A stretch of DNA of 64,000 nt, taken from positions 1,966 through 65,965 of the forward strand of contig JAFTSB010000061.1 of NCBI GenBank assembly GCA_017461945.1, written 5' to 3'. The position numbers and the translations under genes were made by a program. This document shows positions 25,428 through 34,152 of the stretch, piece after piece (position 1 is the first letter of the stretch; every line of letters begins with the position of its first letter). Source of the DNA: Clostridia bacterium (GTDB taxonomy: Bacteria > Bacillota > Clostridia > Oscillospirales > CAG-272). The notes below the pieces were generated by a model, which ran no database searches, was not told the DNA's origin, and saw only the letters and a program-made list of their open reading frames with translations.

Positions 25428-25456
25428 TTGACCTTTTGACTATTGTGTGCTAATAT
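25428..25456 (+). promoter_or_regulatory. sigma-A-like promoter of the six-gene vWA/PP2C/kinase operon
   Basis: TTGACC (25428-33), a 17-nt spacer, then TAATAT (25451-56). Confidence 0.5.
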
Positions 25457-25525
25457 AGACATATAAACAGCCATTTTTTGTACAAAATGGTGCATATGGC
25501 TGAATTTTAACCTTGGGAGCAGGAC

Positions 25526-26659
25526 ATGAAACGCATTTTAACTATGATGTTGATCCCTTTGGTGCTGCTGATGGGGCTGATAGCCGTTTTGCCGGTTTTC
25601 GCCGCCCCCGACAACACCTGGGCAAAGCTCACCTACACCTTGACTCCAAAGACCGAAGGGGAAGTGAACCAGCCGGTGGAGTTCAACGGCGATTGTGAGA
25701 TCCCACGCGGCTGTACCATCTCCTTTAACGAGGCAACTGCCTCTTTGAAGGTGGATGGTCAAGAGGTTGCAAATGGCGTGGAACTCACCACAGCGGGCCA
25801 GTATTTGCTGACGGTAACCTCTAAGACTGACGGCAAATCGTTGGATTATACGGTGACGCTTCTGCCCGACATCAATGTCGCAGATGGTCAGGTATTCACC
25901 TCTTACCCTACTGTAGTGTGTGAGAACGCGATCTCCATGGAGTATCGCCGCAATTTGACCGAGACCGATTTCACATCGGGTACCGAGATCCGCACCCTGG
26001 GTGAGCATGTTGTGACCGTCTACGGTAAAACCGCCGAGGCCGGTTCCAGCAACACCACGTCCTTTGCTTATCATTTTTACGTGCGTCCCGTGCATTCCGA
26101 GCGCGTGTTGGATACGGCATCGGGAAAAGAGGCGCTGAACGTGACCGTGGGCAGCTTTGACGACCGCGAGATCGAGGCGATTTTGGATGGCAAGACCCTT
26201 GCCCCCGGCTCTAATATCGTCACCAAGGTTGGCACCCACACTCTTATGGTGTATGACAACGGTACCGAGATCACCTTGCCGCAGGCTCTGCCCGGCAGCG
26301 ACGCGCTGTCCTTGCGCATTGATGTCTGGATGGAAAGCGTCAAGCAAAAGGAACCCTTCTACTTTGATTTCAACGGCTGGGATGCCAAGATCCTGCTGGA
26401 CGGTAAAGAGGTTACGGGCGAGATCCGTATGGGCAGCCACGGCAGCCACACGCTGACCGTTGTGGACGGGGAAGGCAAAACCGTTGAAAATGCCTTTAAC
26501 CTTTGGGTTGGTGAGGCCAATAAGCCTACTCCCACCACCAAGGTGGAATTTACCTTTAACAATCCGCATCTCATCTATTTCATCATTGCAGCGGTGCCTG
26601 CGGTGGCGATCCTTGCGGTGGCGATCTACTTCCTTGCAGCAAGGAGGCGCGTTGTATGA
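25526..26659 (+). CDS. exported, C-terminally membrane-anchored protein with four Ig-like internal repeats
   Basis: Signal peptide MKRILTMMLIPLVLLMGLIAVLPVFA/AP. Four units of the type (V/L)DGK.(V/L)..G......G.H.L.V. C-terminal TM IYFIIAAVPAVAILAVAIYFLAARRR. Confidence 0.7.
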   Translation: MKRILTMMLIPLVLLMGLIAVLPVFAAPDNTWAKLTYTLTPKTEGEVNQPVEFNGDCEIPRGCTISFNEATASLKVDGQEVANGVELTTAGQYLLTVTSKTDGKSLDYTVTLLPDINVADGQVFTSYPTVVCENAISMEYRRNLTETDFTSGTEIRTLGEHVVTVYGKTAEAGSSNTTSFAYHFYVRPVHSERVLDTASGKEALNVTVGSFDDREIEAILDGKTLAPGSNIVTKVGTHTLMVYDNGTEITLPQALPGSDALSLRIDVWMESVKQKEPFYFDFNGWDAKILLDGKEVTGEIRMGSHGSHTLTVVDGEGKTVENAFNLWVGEANKPTPTTKVEFTFNNPHLIYFIIAAVPAVAILAVAIYFLAARRRVV

Positions 26660-28425
26660 CAAACTTTGAAAAAATCGTGCCGATCCTGGTGGCCGCGCTG
26701 GTGATCCTGACCGGCGTTATGCTGATTCTGTGCGCCCGTGTTGAGCGCCGCCTGGCTGACCGCAAACGGATCAAGCTGGCAACCTATAAAGAAAAAAGCA
26801 ACCTGTTCTATATTCTCAATGATGTGCCCACGGCTGTGATCGCCGGCGGCCTTGCTGTGCTTTCGCTGGTGCTGCTGGTCATGGCAGCCATCAATCCCGT
26901 GATCCGTTTTTACGCCTTTGTGCTGGCGGCACTTCTGCCGGCGCACGCGGTTACTTTCTATCTTTCTATGACGCGCAAGCGTTGTGGCCGTGATATCCGT
27001 GCCTTCGATACCTACTTTGTGCAGGTGGAAAATGTGCTGGCTAGAAAGGATCGCACCCTTTCGGATATCAAGGTGTGTCAGCGTCGCGTCAACGAGCTGC
27101 GCTCCAAGCTTTCAAAGACCATTCAGGAATTTAATCAGAATTTGGCCAAGGGCGTTTCGGGCGACTTTTTGCCCACCTTGTTCCGCCCCATTGACCACAT
27201 GATCGACGATTATATCCAGGAAATCTACCGCTTTTCTGCCGAGGTCGAGGTCAACTTTGACAAGGCGCTGCAGGAGTTCTTGCACAACGAGGTGGTGCCC
27301 GAGTTCCGTTCCGTGCCTCTGCGCACCTTCGATGAGACCGCCGTTGACGATCTGCTGGCGGGCATCAAATCCTCTTATGGCGAACGCATCGCCGGTATGG
27401 TGGTAGAGCAGGTCAACCGCGGCGCTGTGAAAAGCGCCAAGGCGCTGGGGAACATTATGACCCTTTTGTACCGCCTTGAGGTGGAAATGGACAATGAGAC
27501 TCTTGCTCGTTTCCTGGAGGCCGCTTCTCGCTTTGACGATAGAGAAGAGCTGGCTACGCTTCTGTATCAAAACCGCCAGATCTCTGCCGCTATGGTGCGC
27601 GAGATCTTTATCCCACGAAATTGGGAGTGGGCCTTTGTGCCCGGTATGGCAGAGGCCTTTAACCGCCGCGAGCTTCCCCTCATTCTTTCCGACCTGTTAA
27701 AGGCTGACCGCGCCGCTATGTGCGCTCGCTTTCTCTCCCGTTTTGATACGGCAATGATGGATATTCTGGATGCTTCTTTGGATGACGCATCCTTGCCCGA
27801 GAATGCCGCTGTGAAAACCGCTAACGCCTATCGCTTGATTTTGAAAAAGACCTATGCTGTTGGCAATAGCGCCACCTTGTTTGAAAATATGGGCTACATG
27901 CTCTATGATCACCGCACCGAAATGGATTTCACACCCGAGGAGCAGGATCGTATTGCCGAGATCGTTCGCACCGAGTCTTTCTATACCGCTCGCCGCGAGG
28001 TGGTGGAATTCTATGGCCGCGCCGTCCGTTATGGTGCGCCCTTGGTGGCCTCTACCATCCGTATTTTGGTGCAATACATCATTGCTGCTCCGGCTGATTT
28101 CCTGGACCCTGCACGACTTGCCGCTCTGTTGGGCGAGTACCGTGAGACCGTTAGCTTTGGCGATCTTGGCACAATGCGCGCCCTGCTTGCTGCTTGGCTG
28201 CTGAAGACCTCCAAGGATGAGGCTGTGATCAACTTGGTGCTGGATGAGCTGACCGCCGTGCCTGCTGTGGCACCGCTGGCCGCCAGACCCACCGTGCCGG
28301 AAGCCCCCCAGCTGGGTGCCGCCATTTTGGCGCACCTGACCCAAAATGACCGCGTGCGGTTGCGTTCTGTGGTATACCGCACCGAAAGCACCAGACGGAT
28401 GCTGGATAGCATCCTGCGCCTTTGA
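26656..28425 (+). CDS. 589-aa membrane protein with N-terminal TM segments and a large helical cytoplasmic region, unknown function
   Basis: ATGA overlap with the upstream gene. There are about 3 N-terminal hydrophobic spans. The remainder is rich in Leu, Ala, Glu and Arg. I recognise no motif. Confidence 0.7.
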   Translation: MTNFEKIVPILVAALVILTGVMLILCARVERRLADRKRIKLATYKEKSNLFYILNDVPTAVIAGGLAVLSLVLLVMAAINPVIRFYAFVLAALLPAHAVTFYLSMTRKRCGRDIRAFDTYFVQVENVLARKDRTLSDIKVCQRRVNELRSKLSKTIQEFNQNLAKGVSGDFLPTLFRPIDHMIDDYIQEIYRFSAEVEVNFDKALQEFLHNEVVPEFRSVPLRTFDETAVDDLLAGIKSSYGERIAGMVVEQVNRGAVKSAKALGNIMTLLYRLEVEMDNETLARFLEAASRFDDREELATLLYQNRQISAAMVREIFIPRNWEWAFVPGMAEAFNRRELPLILSDLLKADRAAMCARFLSRFDTAMMDILDASLDDASLPENAAVKTANAYRLILKKTYAVGNSATLFENMGYMLYDHRTEMDFTPEEQDRIAEIVRTESFYTARREVVEFYGRAVRYGAPLVASTIRILVQYIIAAPADFLDPARLAALLGEYRETVSFGDLGTMRALLAAWLLKTSKDEAVINLVLDELTAVPAVAPLAARPTVPEAPQLGAAILAHLTQNDRVRLRSVVYRTESTRRMLDSILRL

Positions 28426-28444
28426 AAGGAGGTAAGGGAATCAC

Positions 28445-29071
28445 ATGGAAAATATGGAAAAGACCCCGCGCCTTCTGATCTCCTTTGTGACCGATAACAG
28501 CGCCTCAATGGAGGGGGAGCGCCTTGGCGCTCTGGTTGCCGCCTTCCGTGCCTTTGCGGAGCGCATGAAGGGAAATCCCATTGTGGAATGGGAGCTGCTG
28601 ACCTTTGACACCTTTGCCCCTGCCGTTGTTAAGAGCTTTGAATCCGATACGGTGGCACCTGTGGCCGGCGAACGCTTTCCCTTGCTGGGCAGAGCGGTGC
28701 TTACCGCCGCCCAACGGTTGCATGATCGCGTTGGGGCATTGAAGCAGCAGGGCCATCACGTCTTTCGCCCTTGGATGTTCATTTTGTCCGATGGCTTCAC
28801 CATGGATGCGATGGAGGAGGCTGCCGTCAAGCTGGATGGCTTGGAAAAGAATGGCGAGCTGCTGTATCTGCCGTTCCGCCTTTCCAAAGAGCTTACGACA
28901 GAGCGGTTGCAGTGTCTGGATCGCAACAAGCATATGATCGAGATCCTCCCAGAGGGAATAGACGGCTTTTTTGCCTTTGTAGAGCGTATGATCGAGCAGC
29001 GCGCGGCGCTGGCTCCCGACGTTGGCGTGAAATTCGCCAAAACCGACTTTGAAGGGTGGGCTGTGCTATGA
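28445..29071 (+). CDS. von Willebrand factor A (vWA) domain protein
   Basis: MIDAS DxSxS appears as VTDNSASMEG. A later ILSDGFTMD follows. GGAGG RBS. Confidence 0.75.
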   Translation: MENMEKTPRLLISFVTDNSASMEGERLGALVAAFRAFAERMKGNPIVEWELLTFDTFAPAVVKSFESDTVAPVAGERFPLLGRAVLTAAQRLHDRVGALKQQGHHVFRPWMFILSDGFTMDAMEEAAVKLDGLEKNGELLYLPFRLSKELTTERLQCLDRNKHMIEILPEGIDGFFAFVERMIEQRAALAPDVGVKFAKTDFEGWAVL

Positions 29072-30009
29072 TTCTGCAAAAATGGAAGCAGTGCGGCGCC
29101 GCCGTACAGGGCGTGGACCACATTCACGCCAATGTGCCCTGTCAGGATAATGTGGCGCACGCCGCTATGAACGGGGTTTATGCCATCGCCCTATCCGACG
29201 GTGGCGGCAGCCGCAAGTTTTCACACATCGGCTCGGAGCACGCTACCAAGGCGGCCTGCGAGCTGTTGGTGCAAAAGTTTGATACGTATTACAGTATTTT
29301 GGACCAAATCAAGGGTGGAGACCCCAAAGCCGACAAGCTGCTGCTGCGCTTGCGGTTGGAGATTTTGGATGCTGTGTTGAGTGCGATGCGCGCCCAAACC
29401 ACCGCAGAGCGTACGTTGTACGACTTTGGATGTACGTTGCAGTTCACTGCCGTGAAGGATGGCCGCTACATCGTGGGTCACGTGGGCGACGGTGTCATCG
29501 CTGCCTTGTATCAAAAGGGCCTTTCTCGCAAGGTGGAGGTGCTTTCTCATCCCGAAAACGCCGGTGCGCCGAACGTCACCTTCTTTGTGACCGACCACGA
29601 TGCCGAAGCGCATTTGCGCCTCTCCCACGGGGAATGCCGCCAGCTGGAGGGCATTCTGATGATGTCTGACGGCCCGGAAGAGGTGTTGTACACCACCGCC
29701 GGCGGTATGCACAAAAACACGCAAAAGCTGTTTGATAACTATATGGGACATGGCCGTGCCGAGTATACGGCTGCATTGGAAAAGTTCTTGAAGGGGAATA
29801 TCGCCAAGCACAGCTACGACGACCTCAGCCTGAACGTGCTATATCTGGAGACTGCGGACTATGCCGCGTTGTCGCCCGAATACAAGCAGGAGGTTTTGGA
29901 GGGTGTCACCGCCAAAAATCAAGTTCGTCACATCAGCAGCTATGCTTGCCTGCTGGATCCCTCTACCCCTGCAAAGGGTGCCGATGATCTTTCTTTCTTG
30001 AGGTGCTGA
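29068..30009 (+). CDS. PP2C-family protein phosphatase
   Basis: AVQGVDHIHANVPCQD ... IALSDGGGS ... GHVGDGVIAAL ... ILMMSDGPEE are PP2C acidic and Gly motifs. ATG 29068 overlaps the vWA stop (ATGA). Confidence 0.75.
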   Translation: MILQKWKQCGAAVQGVDHIHANVPCQDNVAHAAMNGVYAIALSDGGGSRKFSHIGSEHATKAACELLVQKFDTYYSILDQIKGGDPKADKLLLRLRLEILDAVLSAMRAQTTAERTLYDFGCTLQFTAVKDGRYIVGHVGDGVIAALYQKGLSRKVEVLSHPENAGAPNVTFFVTDHDAEAHLRLSHGECRQLEGILMMSDGPEEVLYTTAGGMHKNTQKLFDNYMGHGRAEYTAALEKFLKGNIAKHSYDDLSLNVLYLETADYAALSPEYKQEVLEGVTAKNQVRHISSYACLLDPSTPAKGADDLSFLRC

Positions 30010-30010
30010 T

Positions 30011-31348
30011 ATGAGTAAAAAGAATTATTATTATCTTGACGCCTCGGTGCTTCTGGAGGAGGATTTTTACCAGACCGTGCAGGAGTATTGCCGCACCGTG
30101 CCCGATCTTGCCTTTGTGCTGGATGGTGGCATCTACCACGAGATCGAAAGCTATCGCAGCCTCGGTCGGGTAGAGGAGGCACTGACACTTGAAAACTTTA
30201 TCAATCTGTTTGCCGCACTTGGCATTGCGTTGCAGGTGGATACCGCAGGGGGCTTTGACCCCTCGGCGCTCGCCCCTCTGGCGCAGGAGAATCTCTTTGT
30301 TGTGACCCAGCAGCAAAAGCTGGTGGATAACTTTGGCGAGCTGGGTGAAAGCGTCACCTTCCTGCATGTGGTGCAGGGGCGCCCCGTGCCGTTCCCACGC
30401 GGAATTTCTGAAAACGGTGCAGCGTTTTGCCCCGATCGTGACATTTATGTCAACCCCTTTGACGGCGAAAAGGTGGATTATGTTTACTCCCCCCGTTATG
30501 GCTATTTGAAGCTGGATAAAAGCAAGGCCTTTTCGGGCGGCGAGGGCGTTTGCTACCGCACCTACAATGGCCTTTTCTGCAAGCTGTATTTCAAAAAGCA
30601 CATCACCTATGTCAATTACAAAAAACTGCAGGCAATGGTGGATATGGGCTGTTCTATGCCGTATATCTCCTGGCCCTTGGATATCCTGTACTATCGCAAC
30701 CAATTCGTGGGCTATGTTATGGAGGAGCTTTCTGACACTCGCTCGGTGGATGACCTGCGCGACGATAACTTCTCGGGCTTCCGCATTCTGGATCGCTTTG
30801 TGATCGTACGCAATTTCCTCAAGATCATTGAGTATCTCCACGGCCGTGATATTCTGGTGGGCGATATGAAGCTGGATAACATTCTGGTCAAGCCAAACGG
30901 TGATGTTTACCTCATTGATGCAGGCAGTTTTCAAGTGGGCGATTACGCCTGCAACGTATGCCACGCCGAATATACCGAGCGTATCTATACCGGCGATGAT
31001 CTCAAGCACATTCTGCGCAGCGTGAGAGAGGAATATTTCCCCATCAATAAGATCATTTTTGAGATTTTAATGATGAAGGGCCCCTTCTACAGTAAGGATA
31101 ACACCGAGATCGACGGCACCGGCAGTCGCGACTTCACGTATCCAATGGAGTTTCCTGCTGAGGGGGCTGCCGCCCTGCCTTACCACTACAAGATGTGGTT
31201 TGCACTCAGTCCCGCCATGCGGCAGTATTTTTACCGCTACTTCACCGAGGGTAAGGTGACTTACGTTTCCGAATGGCTGCGCGAGCTTGACCTGTACATT
31301 ATGGCCAAGCAAAAGGCCGCGGCAAAGCGTGCACAAGCTGAACAGTAA
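30011..31348 (+). CDS. Ser/Thr protein kinase-like protein with an N-terminal extension
   Basis: Gly-rich loop GGEGVCY, Lys in FCKLYFK, catalytic loop ILVGDMKLDNILV, and DFG-equivalent LIDAGSF. It starts 1 nt after the PP2C stop. Confidence 0.75.
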   Translation: MSKKNYYYLDASVLLEEDFYQTVQEYCRTVPDLAFVLDGGIYHEIESYRSLGRVEEALTLENFINLFAALGIALQVDTAGGFDPSALAPLAQENLFVVTQQQKLVDNFGELGESVTFLHVVQGRPVPFPRGISENGAAFCPDRDIYVNPFDGEKVDYVYSPRYGYLKLDKSKAFSGGEGVCYRTYNGLFCKLYFKKHITYVNYKKLQAMVDMGCSMPYISWPLDILYYRNQFVGYVMEELSDTRSVDDLRDDNFSGFRILDRFVIVRNFLKIIEYLHGRDILVGDMKLDNILVKPNGDVYLIDAGSFQVGDYACNVCHAEYTERIYTGDDLKHILRSVREEYFPINKIIFEILMMKGPFYSKDNTEIDGTGSRDFTYPMEFPAEGAAALPYHYKMWFALSPAMRQYFYRYFTEGKVTYVSEWLRELDLYIMAKQKAAAKRAQAEQ

Positions 31349-31372
31349 GAAAGCAAAAAGGAGAAATATATC

Positions 31373-32059
31373 ATGGATATGAACGGATTTTTTGAAGATC
31401 TTGACTTTGGCGATTTTTCGGCACCGTCCTCGGGTAGCTCCCGCAAGGTTCCGATCTGCCTTGTACTGGACTGCAGCGGCTCGATGCGTTATGCCGATGG
31501 CACCAAGCGCCCCAAGATCGATGAGTTGAATGTGAACATTGACGCCTTTTTGGAGTACGTGCGCAACGACCCCAAGGCCTCTAAGATCTGCGACTTGTGT
31601 ATCATCACCATGGGCGACTCGGTGCGCGTGGTTTCCCGTTATACGACCGTGGATCGCATCCACTTCGGTCATTTCGCTGCCAGCGGCGGCACCCCTCTGG
31701 GCACGGCAATGAAAACCGCTGTTGATCTGCTGACCGAGCGCCGTCAGTACTACCGCGATAACGATATTGAGCATTACAAGCCCATTCTGATGGTCATGAC
31801 TGACGGTGACCCCACCGACGACATTTCCTATATCTCCCGCCAGGTCTCCGATATGGTGGCCAATAAGGAGATCAAGATCTTCCCCGTGGGCATCGGTGTC
31901 AACTTCAATCACGGCACCCTGGCACAGTTCTCGCCTTTGCTCAAGCCCAAGCTGATCCGCAATTCCGAGGCCTTTGATAAGCTGTTTAAGCTGCTCAGTG
32001 CCTCCTCCAGTAACCCCAACGACGACTCGTTGGAAAAGTGGTTCAACAACGATTTTTGA
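31373..32059 (+). CDS. TerY-like vWA domain protein
   Basis: Complete MIDAS: VLDCSGSM, GGTPLGTAM and MVMTDGDPTD. AAAGGAG RBS. Confidence 0.8.
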   Translation: MDMNGFFEDLDFGDFSAPSSGSSRKVPICLVLDCSGSMRYADGTKRPKIDELNVNIDAFLEYVRNDPKASKICDLCIITMGDSVRVVSRYTTVDRIHFGHFAASGGTPLGTAMKTAVDLLTERRQYYRDNDIEHYKPILMVMTDGDPTDDISYISRQVSDMVANKEIKIFPVGIGVNFNHGTLAQFSPLLKPKLIRNSEAFDKLFKLLSASSSNPNDDSLEKWFNNDF

Positions 32060-32067
32060 TTCTTTCA

Positions 32068-32097
32068 ACGGCGCAAGCATCCGCTTGCGCCGTTTTT
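32068..32097 (+). terminator. intrinsic terminator closing the six-gene operon
   Basis: ACGGCGCAAGC / GCTTGCGCCGT 11-bp stem with loop ATCC, followed by TTTTT. Confidence 0.8.
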
Positions 32098-32129
32098 GCG
32101 TGTCGACGTAAAAAGTCTTTTTTCTCACC

Positions 32130-32158
32130 TTGTCAAAAGGGGAAAAATGTGGTATACT
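32130..32158 (+). promoter_or_regulatory. sigma-A-like promoter
   Basis: TTGTCA (32130-35), a 17-nt spacer, then TATACT (32153-58). Confidence 0.45.
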
Positions 32159-32189
32159 AATGCCAGTAAACGCGGAAAGGATGGTGGAA

Positions 32190-33995
32190 ATGAAAAAAAT
32201 AGGTATCGTGCTGCTTGTCACGCTGTCCTTGCTTGCAAGTGCCGTGCTTCCCATAGCGGCCACGCCCAACGATCCTCTCATTGCCGCCACTCGCACAAAG
32301 CTGGAGCAGACCCTGGGCATTGACACCCCCGGTGCCGCCGTGGTGTTGGATCGGGGCGGTGAAACCCTCCTGCTGGAGGGCTATGGTTATGCGGATATCA
32401 ACAGCCGCGTGCTGGTCCATCCCGAAACGGTCTTTGAGCTGGGCGAGCTTTCGTCGCTGTTTGTGGTTCTTGCGGCATATCGGCTGGCCGAGAACGGCGC
32501 CGTATCGCTGGATGCCAATATTGCAGATTATCTGCCCGACCCGATGGAAAAAAAGCTGGGACTTGCCCACGTCACCACTCTGCGTCAGCTGCTGCTTGGC
32601 TGTGGCGGCTTTGAGGGCAGGACCTTTGACTTAATTTTTGATACCCCCACGGGGCGCTTTGACACCTTGGAGCAAGCGTTGCTTGCCGAGGTGCCGCGCC
32701 AAATCGCCGCCCCGGGTACGTTTTATGCTTATTCCGAATTCGGCATCGCGCTGGCCGCCTATGTGGTGGAATGCATTGCCGGTGTACCCTATGACGAGTA
32801 TGTGACCGCGGAGATCCTTACCCCCCTTGGCATGGAGCACACCGTGCTGGATCCGGATGAAAATGCAGCCGGTACCTACGATGCCTCGGGTCACGTTTTC
32901 TTGGGAGAGGGAAGGTTTGCCGTGGAAAAGGAGCAGGGGCGCAGCTATGCCGGCCTCTATCCTGCTACAGGCGCAAGATCTGCTGCAGCAGATCTTGCCC
33001 GTCTGCTTGCCGCTTTGAATGGTGGAAGTGGACTGCTTTCTTCCGCTTCCTGCAACGAAATTCTGACCTTTGCCTTTGAAAACGGCATATTCGCGGTTTC
33101 TGCCCCCGGCATGACGGTACAGGGCGGCGCCCGCGGTATTTCGGCAAATACCCTTTCTTTTGGGGCAAGTCTGTGGTTTTCTCCTGCTACCAAAACCGCT
33201 GTTTTGGTGATGACAAACGTACAAAAAAGCGATCTTTTAACTCTGCCCGCGGAGTTGTGCGGCGCTCACATTGGCAAGGAGACCGCCCTTGGAGGGAACC
33301 TCACCGACCTGCAAGTTTTTCGCGGTGTATATACCTTGGCAGACCGTGAGGATCACAGCTTTGTAGGCCTCCTTGACCGAAAGGATCACAGCTTTAAGTG
33401 TGAGGTTTTGGAGGATGGTACGCTTTCTTTTTTGGATATGACCTTGCGTCAGGTTTCTCCTGGTGTGTTTGCCAAGGCGGATGACACCGCCGATGTGGCG
33501 CAGCTTCAATTTTTGATGGATCAGACCGGCAAGGTCTATGCGGTTGTAACCGCCGCCGGCGAGACCTATCTGCCGGTGCCCTTCCTGCAGCAAAAGATCC
33601 CTGCAACCCTGTTGTTTTTTCTCTTGTTGGCGTTGGCGGCGTGGTTTTTGTTTGCCGGTATTGTTTCAACGGTTCGCTATCTTGCCTTTCGCTATGAAGA
33701 GGGCAGAGAGCCCTTTGTATATACCTTGCCGCTGCTTTTTGCCGCCTTAGTCAGCCTGCTGGCTTTGTTGCAGGTTTGGGTGGGTGTGCAATGGGGCGCT
33801 ATGGCATATTCCTCTTTCTTTGGTGCAATGTCAGTGATCACGGTGTTGTTCACCTTTGGTGCTTTGGCGTGCTTGATCGTGGCCTTTATGGCTTCTCTGA
33901 CGCGAAAGGGGATGACCACCCGTGTGGTACGCACCGCACTGCTGTTTATTGCCTTTGTATTGGTGCTCCATTTCTGGGGCTTGTCGGCGCTTTAA
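32190..33995 (+). CDS. beta-lactamase-fold domain protein (catalytic motif degenerate) fused to a polytopic C-terminal membrane domain
   Basis: Signal/TM MKKIGIVLLVTLSLLASAVLPIAA. FELGELSSLFVV occupies the position of the F.(I/L)GS.SK.F motif. YSE replaces YSN. The last ~170 aa contain several TM spans. Confidence 0.75.
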   Translation: MKKIGIVLLVTLSLLASAVLPIAATPNDPLIAATRTKLEQTLGIDTPGAAVVLDRGGETLLLEGYGYADINSRVLVHPETVFELGELSSLFVVLAAYRLAENGAVSLDANIADYLPDPMEKKLGLAHVTTLRQLLLGCGGFEGRTFDLIFDTPTGRFDTLEQALLAEVPRQIAAPGTFYAYSEFGIALAAYVVECIAGVPYDEYVTAEILTPLGMEHTVLDPDENAAGTYDASGHVFLGEGRFAVEKEQGRSYAGLYPATGARSAAADLARLLAALNGGSGLLSSASCNEILTFAFENGIFAVSAPGMTVQGGARGISANTLSFGASLWFSPATKTAVLVMTNVQKSDLLTLPAELCGAHIGKETALGGNLTDLQVFRGVYTLADREDHSFVGLLDRKDHSFKCEVLEDGTLSFLDMTLRQVSPGVFAKADDTADVAQLQFLMDQTGKVYAVVTAAGETYLPVPFLQQKIPATLLFFLLLALAAWFLFAGIVSTVRYLAFRYEEGREPFVYTLPLLFAALVSLLALLQVWVGVQWGAMAYSSFFGAMSVITVLFTFGALACLIVAFMASLTRKGMTTRVVRTALLFIAFVLVLHFWGLSAL

Positions 33996-34004
33996 ATGAA
34001 AAAA

Positions 34005-34037
34005 GGGGAATCCCGTTGTCGGGGTTCTCCTTTTTTT
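34005..34037 (+). terminator. intrinsic terminator
   Basis: GGGGAATCCC / GGGGTTCTCC stem (with G-U pairs) followed by T7. Confidence 0.6.
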
Positions 34038-34152
34038 CTTGCTCGATGCGAAGGGAATTTGTTGGCAAATTTCTATTTTGGAATTAAAAACACCAACACG
34101 TATGCAATTTTATGGAAAAACAGAGAAAAATGTGTAAATAATTGCAGTAAGG

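Noticed and set aside
25538-32326. Minus-strand ORFs 25538-26662, 27697-28344, 29963-31009 and 31067-32326 across the vWA/PP2C/kinase operon
   Set aside because: All are antisense to plus-strand genes that carry MIDAS, PP2C or kinase motifs with translational coupling. The antisense products have no RBSs or recognisable motifs.
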